From a virus: DNA of 64,000 bases. Every line of letters begins with the position of its first letter. Position 1 is the first letter of the stretch. The DNA is taken from positions 12,954 to 76,953 of the IMG/VR virus record IMGVR_UViG_3300047552_001072. One strand, 5' to 3'. Shown one piece after another: positions 59,142 through 64,000 of this stretch. A program made the position numbers and the translations under genes. Below the pieces are notes generated by a model. The model saw only the letters and a program-made list of their open reading frames with translations. It was not told where the DNA came from and ran no database searches.

Positions 59142-60064
59142 ACCTGTAATGTTGTAGCTATATTTTTTGTTTTTGGTGGATCGTTGGTAACGACCTTTAC
59201 TTTTACTCCATTGTCATCATCTTCTAATAACCAATTAATGATTACATGAGAAACCTCACATCCTCTTGTAAAAGAAGATAATGAAATCCACATGCTTTCA
59301 GGATGCCACTGTACTCCCGCAATCTTTTTAGATGAATGCATAAACGCCTCGATGTGGCTAATTCTCTTGTTAATGTCTGTAAACTTTCTGTCATAAAAAC
59401 GTTTTAATAGTCCTGGAGAACTACTAGGACTAGATGATGCTTCCCAAAGATTATTTATATTATCCTGAGTTTTTAGATAACTATCATCCATAACCCCTAA
59501 CGCAATTGGAATTAAACATTCTGCAAGTTGAAAGGGTCTTATGAATTGATGATGTCTAGAATTAACCTCAGTACTAAATGGTCTTTTGATCTTTAGGAAT
59601 TTAGAATCATTAACAGTATAAAGTCCCAATTGTTCGTTGTACACCGCAATTGGATGCAAACCAGCAAGAGAATGATTAGGACCATCAGGCGTTAAACCTC
59701 CCCCAAGACAAACATTAAGAGCCTGAGCCCCTAAACATATGCCAAAAATGGGAACACCAGCGTCAATCCATTTATTAAGAAAGTGTTTATAAAATTGACT
59801 ATACATTGGATTTGATGGGCCATTACCAACAACCAAATCTTTACCATCACTAGTAAAAGATGTATCCAAATCAGCCCCTCCTTGTAAGACCAAAAGATCT
59901 ATTTTAGCGTAATCAGAGGGTAATGTGTTTGGCATAATACATACTACTTTTCCATATTGAGAAAACAATTTTGCATATTGCTCTTCAATACCAATCGTTA
60001 TGCCTTTATAGCCTTCCGCATTATTTGACTGAGTGGCTAATATGCCAATGATTTTTTGACTCAT
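59138..60064 (-). CDS. Class I glutamine amidotransferase/peptidase C26 (PuuD-like gamma-glutamyl hydrolase)
   Basis: LVLQGGAD, PIFGICLGAQALNV, VNSRHHQ, IEA, GVQWHPE; the Cys-His-Glu triad is intact. Confidence 0.9.
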   Translation of the reverse strand: MSQKIIGILATQSNNAEGYKGITIGIEEQYAKLFSQYGKVVCIMPNTLPSDYAKIDLLVLQGGADLDTSFTSDGKDLVVGNGPSNPMYSQFYKHFLNKWIDAGVPIFGICLGAQALNVCLGGGLTPDGPNHSLAGLHPIAVYNEQLGLYTVNDSKFLKIKRPFSTEVNSRHHQFIRPFQLAECLIPIALGVMDDSYLKTQDNINNLWEASSSPSSSPGLLKRFYDRKFTDINKRISHIEAFMHSSKKIAGVQWHPESMWISLSSFTRGCEVSHVIINWLLEDDDNGVKVKVVTNDPPKTKNIATTLQV

Positions 60065-60075
60065 AAAACTCTATT

Positions 60076-60525
60076 TTATTGTATTATTTCTAATTGTTCT
60101 TTTCTTTCTTCCCTTATTTTCTGAGCTTTAACTAACTCTCCAAAGACATAATTAAAGTCTTTATCTTCTAGGTTCTTAAAGACTACATTTAAGTGCAACC
60201 CTTTATCTCTAGCCAGTTCTACTGCTCTGTGGATGAGATTAATCAACATTCTGTTATTCATTTGACTCAACATACGTTGAAAATTCATCTCACTTTTTGC
60301 AGTATTGATAATCATTAATCCTTTTTGAGTAGGATTGATGAATTCATCTTCTGTAACCACTAGCAATTTTCTTTGTACTAGTGATTTTAAATTTTCTTGC
60401 ATATTATCTGGAATATCAGATAACTCTGCTCCAGCTTTGTCGCAAATTATTGCGAGTAGGCTTAATTCTCGTACAGTCATAATAAAAATAATTTTATTGT
60501 TTTTTAGATTCCTTTTTCTCTTCAA
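60076..60525 (-). CDS. Hypothetical protein, possibly wHTH (likely start at MTVREL)
   Basis: LKSLVQRKLL...PTQKG pattern. Confidence 0.55.
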   Translation of the reverse strand: MKRKRNLKNNKIIFIMTVRELSLLAIICDKAGAELSDIPDNMQENLKSLVQRKLLVVTEDEFINPTQKGLMIINTAKSEMNFQRMLSQMNNRMLINLIHRAVELARDKGLHLNVVFKNLEDKDFNYVFGELVKAQKIREERKEQLEIIQ

Positions 60526-61069
60526 ACCATTCTTCTACGTTCATCTCAACAAACAATTTTTTATTAGACGCAAATGCAATACTTACTGCTTCTGCAGACA
60601 GTAAAGTTGTTTTAATACCCTCGACCTTAATAATAAGGTCTAGGTGAACGCTTTCTTGATCTAAGTAAACTCCATAAATAGTAACCATAGAGTTTTTCAT
60701 CTCAGATATATAACTACCTAATAATAAAACTCCACCACTATTTATTCTAATTTCTTCTATACTATTAAAGACATATCCTTGATCGAATATCTTTAGTATT
60801 ACTTTTTCCACAGAACCTAATTCAAATTTCTTTGGATAAGTTCTTATACAACTCAACTTTCCTGTATACCAATAAAATAAATTAGATACAGAGGTAAAGT
60901 AAACTCCATTTATCTTATCTAAATAAGAAAAAGGTATTACAGGAATATCTGTAGCTACCTTTTCCTTGTTATTTTCAAAATAGTTTATTCCCCCTAAGAG
61001 GAATAATCTAATCAACCGAAGTATCTCCCGAATTTTCTGCATTTTTTTCAATGAAATCGTTATCCACAA
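60494..61069 (-). CDS. Hypothetical protein (up to 191 aa)
   Basis: Packed ORF; start uncertain. Confidence 0.55.
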   Translation of the reverse strand: MWITISLKKMQKIREILRLIRLFLLGGINYFENNKEKVATDIPVIPFSYLDKINGVYFTSVSNLFYWYTGKLSCIRTYPKKFELGSVEKVILKIFDQGYVFNSIEEIRINSGGVLLLGSYISEMKNSMVTIYGVYLDQESVHLDLIIKVEGIKTTLLSAEAVSIAFASNKKLFVEMNVEEWFEEKKESKKQ

Positions 61070-61340
61070 GGATTAGATTAGGCTTATTATCTTCTAAAGC
61101 CGATCTAATTTTTGCTGCAATTGCAGCAGGATCTTTTAAACTATCTATTTCGTATTTTACCAAGCTATTTCCGTAAAATTCTATAGAATTTTCTCTTGTG
61201 ATAAAATGTTTGATTCTGCACATTCTCAAAGGAAAATCTTTTCTTGGGATGTGTACCAAAAGATTAGTTCTTTCGTTCTCTAGGTTGTCTATAATAGTCT
61301 TGTTACCTAATACTGTAACTTCTACTTTCTTCTTTTTCAT
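61008..61340 (-). CDS. Hypothetical protein (110 aa)
   Basis: Packed ORF with an A-rich leader. Confidence 0.55.
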   Translation of the reverse strand: MKKKKVEVTVLGNKTIIDNLENERTNLLVHIPRKDFPLRMCRIKHFITRENSIEFYGNSLVKYEIDSLKDPAAIAAKIRSALEDNKPNLILVDNDFIEKNAENSGDTSVD

Positions 61341-61372
61341 AGTAAGAATTTTTTTTAAAATGATTTAATAAA

Positions 61373-61876
61373 TTATGCAGATTTAGTTAAGAATCTGCTT
61401 TCAATGTAATATAGATTACCATTAAACATTTGTACCATAATATTTCCATCTTTTTTGATGTCATATACAGTTCCAGAATATTCGCTAGTTTTAAAAACAG
61501 TCCCGTCTTTTATTATATTGTTTATAGTAGGAATAGGTTCTGCTAATTTCACAAAATCTCTTCTTAATTGAAGAGTTGGAAATTTTGCTTTTATCCCACT
61601 ATAAACCCATACTCCTTCTTTTATATCTAACTTTCTATGGTATTCGATACCATTTTCAACAATGATTACCCCATCATTCTCTTGAAATTTTCCATACTCA
61701 AACCCGAATAAATTAGCACTTACAGAAATAATAGTTGTTAACTTTATGTTTTCTTGTATTGCTTTTATAGGTAAGGCATATGGAAGTAGATGGAGCAAAT
61801 GCTTTTTTGGATTGTAATTAGAAATAATGACCTCAGGAACAATCCATTCCACGAGGTCATTTATTTCGAAAGACAT
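61373..61876 (-). CDS. Hypothetical protein (167 aa)
   Basis: Packed ORF. Confidence 0.6.
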   Translation of the reverse strand: MSFEINDLVEWIVPEVIISNYNPKKHLLHLLPYALPIKAIQENIKLTTIISVSANLFGFEYGKFQENDGVIIVENGIEYHRKLDIKEGVWVYSGIKAKFPTLQLRRDFVKLAEPIPTINNIIKDGTVFKTSEYSGTVYDIKKDGNIMVQMFNGNLYYIESRFLTKSA

Positions 61877-61881
61877 TTGTA

Positions 61882-62667
61882 TTACGACAATGTTACTTTA
61901 AACAAGTTTCTTGCCTTGTCAAAAGCAACAATGTTAAGCTCGTCAATAGCCTCAGCTGCAAGCTCTTCCGCCGATTTGAAATCTTCGTCAAAACTATATG
62001 GATTCAATTTTTTATTGATATGACTGATAACTAGCATTGGCGTTTGATATGACACTTTTTGGCCTTCAACCTCTTCAGAGTCCATTTCCTCTATTATTTT
62101 CGCGGCTGAATTAGCTACATTATTGGCATCAATTTCGGCTTGACGAACAGCTTCCAAAGTTTCTCTATACGTATAAACAATTTCGTCTTCATATGAATGT
62201 AATTTGAACTTATCAATTTTCTTTTTGATAAGCTCTTCCTGTACTTTCGTAAATTGACGATTTTCTGGAAAAACAGCTTTGAATATCTCGTTGTATTGTC
62301 CCTCCTCAGTACCTTCAGCATAGATGAGTAAACCCACAGTATTTCTATCTCTGTCTTTACTGATAGAAATTTTGGACTTAGTATCAGCTTTTTCAATAGG
62401 TACACACTCAGCGTAGTTCCTATCATCCGATTCGTAATACTCTACGTGCCAGTATTCTCCAGGAACCATATTCTTTAGATTTTCGCAATTTTGGTTTACA
62501 ATAAGTCTTAGTGACTTTCTTTTTCCTTCTTTATTTTCAAGTACTCGAAATGCAGTCATAGAGTCTATTCCTCTGCGTTCATTGTGCTGCAAGTTAAATT
62601 GAAACACACCGTACTTCTTTGTAAACTCTTTTTTAGCTTTTGGTTGAGATTTAATGTTGTTCTCCAT
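61882..62667 (-). CDS. Hypothetical protein (261 aa)
   Basis: Long ORF; no motif recognised. Confidence 0.65.
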   Translation of the reverse strand: MENNIKSQPKAKKEFTKKYGVFQFNLQHNERRGIDSMTAFRVLENKEGKRKSLRLIVNQNCENLKNMVPGEYWHVEYYESDDRNYAECVPIEKADTKSKISISKDRDRNTVGLLIYAEGTEEGQYNEIFKAVFPENRQFTKVQEELIKKKIDKFKLHSYEDEIVYTYRETLEAVRQAEIDANNVANSAAKIIEEMDSEEVEGQKVSYQTPMLVISHINKKLNPYSFDEDFKSAEELAAEAIDELNIVAFDKARNLFKVTLS

Positions 62668-62671
62668 AATT

Positions 62672-63358
62672 TTAATGAGATTTTATTACAAACCATGTTT
62701 CTGTTCTCTGAAATAAGTATGGAGATTCTGGCAAAATTAATGCAGAGTCACCATTCTTTTTTCTTTTCTCTTCTATAATTTCTGATAACAAGTCGTTACC
62801 AAGAAAATAGTCTAATCTTACTGAATGTGTATATGGGGTATTAAGATTTACATCTTCTGGTGACTTAAACTGGTTTAGATAATATATACCCTCATAGTTT
62901 AACTCATCTATGTCTCTTGTACTAGTTTTTTTGAAATCTCTAAAATGGTCTGGTCTAATCCAAAGTCCATCCCAATTGATTGCAAATAATATAATATAAG
63001 AATCAGTAAGTTCTCCCATAACACACCAAAAGTAAACTGGACGTACAATATCTGCATCAATCAGAATATTATAATCTTTGTTAACTTTTGTTACTAAATT
63101 AAATAGTGCGTTTTCTTTTCTTTTACAAAAAGGCACTACTAACTTCTTTTTTTCTAGATCTACTATTTCAATTATCTTTCCATCGTAAGATATTGATGGT
63201 GTGTATTTTATTCCAAATATTTTTCCACTAGATGGAAATTGATACATAGAATAATTAAAGTTTGTTACATGATCTAGATTTATTGTATTATCTAAGCAGT
63301 CCTTAGCCGCCTGTAAATCGCGGTAAGTTCTGCTTAGAAAATTAACTTTTTTTGACAC
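62672..63358 (-). CDS. Hypothetical protein (228 aa)
   Basis: Long ORF with a GTG start; no confident motif. Confidence 0.6.
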   Translation of the reverse strand: MSKKVNFLSRTYRDLQAAKDCLDNTINLDHVTNFNYSMYQFPSSGKIFGIKYTPSISYDGKIIEIVDLEKKKLVVPFCKRKENALFNLVTKVNKDYNILIDADIVRPVYFWCVMGELTDSYIILFAINWDGLWIRPDHFRDFKKTSTRDIDELNYEGIYYLNQFKSPEDVNLNTPYTHSVRLDYFLGNDLLSEIIEEKRKKNGDSALILPESPYLFQRTETWFVIKSH

Positions 63359-63766
63359 CTAAATTACGTGGTCCACAGATTTGTCTGTTCCCATTCTTAC
63401 CTGCCGATAGGAGCAAGGATCTAGGATAACCATATGGCGAACCGATTTAGATTCAAAAGAATGAAACGTAATATATTTAGTGGAATCAGTAGTAGTATTG
63501 ACTTGCATCACTTGTGTTCGATAACACAGATCACACAATCCATTACCAGGCTCTGTTTCCATACAAATTTCGTATTCGTAGCCAGCATGACATCTATAAA
63601 CACCATCTGCTAAATGTTCACTTTCTTGCGGAGGACTTTGATAATCTTGATTTTGTGTTGTGGCAACTGGACCATCATAAGTCATAATATCAGTACAAGA
63701 TAAAAGCGAAAAAAGAATGGAGAAGAGGAACATCACTCCTACTCCATAAGAAATAAATTTTCTCAT
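63359..63766 (-). CDS. Putative Cys-rich lipoprotein (135 aa)
   Basis: Lipobox-like MRKFISYGVGVMFLFSILFSLLSC, plus five further Cys (CHAGYEYEIC...CDLC...PC). Confidence 0.6.
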   Translation of the reverse strand: MRKFISYGVGVMFLFSILFSLLSCTDIMTYDGPVATTQNQDYQSPPQESEHLADGVYRCHAGYEYEICMETEPGNGLCDLCYRTQVMQVNTTTDSTKYITFHSFESKSVRHMVILDPCSYRQVRMGTDKSVDHVI

Positions 63767-63822
63767 GTTTTTAAATTTTTAAATAATAATTAATAAAGTT
63801 TTTCAAAAAGTTAAATGGGTTC

Positions 63823-63854
63823 AGGGTCTAGTGCTACGAATAGCTATTAGCCCT
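63823..63854 (-). promoter_or_regulatory. Hairpin with a UUCG loop overlapping the upstream stop codon (possible terminator or processing site)
   Basis: The minus strand reads AGGG-CTA-ATA-GCTA-TTCG-TAGC-AC-TAG-A-CCCT, followed about 10 nt later by TTTAACTTTTT. Confidence 0.4.
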
Positions 63855-63999
63855 CGAAATGCTCTTGCAAAGCGCGTTTAGTTTTGCGACCACGCTCTAA
63901 TTTTTTGTTCACTATTTTTTTATATTTTTGTTGGCGCTTTTTGATTTGACGTTTTTCAGTTTTTTCAACGTTATCTTCCGCCAATTTTGCTTCAACAGC
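63847..63999 (-). CDS. 3' end of a basic protein truncated by the window edge
   Basis: My translation is AVEAKLAEDNVEKTEKRQIKKRQQKYKKIVNKKLERGRKTKRALQEHFEG*. Confidence 0.55.
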   Translation of the reverse strand, partial: AVEAKLAEDNVEKTEKRQIKKRQQKYKKIVNKKLERGRKTKRALQEHFEG

Positions 64000-64000
64000 A

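Noticed and set aside
33397-62778. + strand and nested ORFs within the - strand arm (e.g. 33397-33711, 46340-46630, 47710-48057, 51945-52190, 62115-62426)
   Set aside because: They overlap well-supported genes and show no motifs.
62672-63358. Faint resemblance to Rnl2-like RNA ligase (VMGEL...ILFAI)
   Set aside because: No convincing KxDG/KxHG adenylation motif.
1-64000. Stop-codon reassignment (TAG or TGA), as in some crAss-like phages
   Set aside because: The standard code already gives near-complete coding density, including a 6647-aa ORF; TAG and TGA occur as true gene ends, and no suppressor tRNA is seen.
1-64000. CRISPR arrays, tRNAs, DGR repeats, integrase or transposase, and Bacteroidota TAnnTTTG promoters in intergenic gaps
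   Set aside because: None was recognisable by eye; intergenic gaps are almost all under 80 nt. tRNAscan-SE, Infernal and a repeat finder would be needed to exclude them fully.

Overview
About 64 kb of an AT-rich, densely coding dsDNA phage genome with crAss-like (Crassvirales-type) organisation. A Bacteroidota host is inferred from the gene set and the A/T-rich start regions without Shine-Dalgarno sequences. The + strand (1-30313) carries an IHF-like gene end, a tail ring protein, a tail muzzle protein, two probable ejected cargo proteins and a 6647-aa virion RNA polymerase polyprotein. That polyprotein has a DFDVD catalytic loop, an SF1 helicase-like domain, two HExxH zincin modules and a PD-(D/E)xK nuclease. 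A bidirectional terminator at about 30320-30369 separates it from the - strand arm. That arm encodes replication and recombination genes (family A polymerase, DnaB, primase, SSB, AAA ATPase, three nucleases, a degenerate UNG) and many small accessory ORFs. The most striking accessory feature is a dispersed amide/peptide-ligation system: four predicted ligases, two glutamine amidotransferase-fold enzymes and a gamma-glutamylcyclotransferase, with a SleB-like gene next to one locus. All calls are from motif reading only; no database searches were run.
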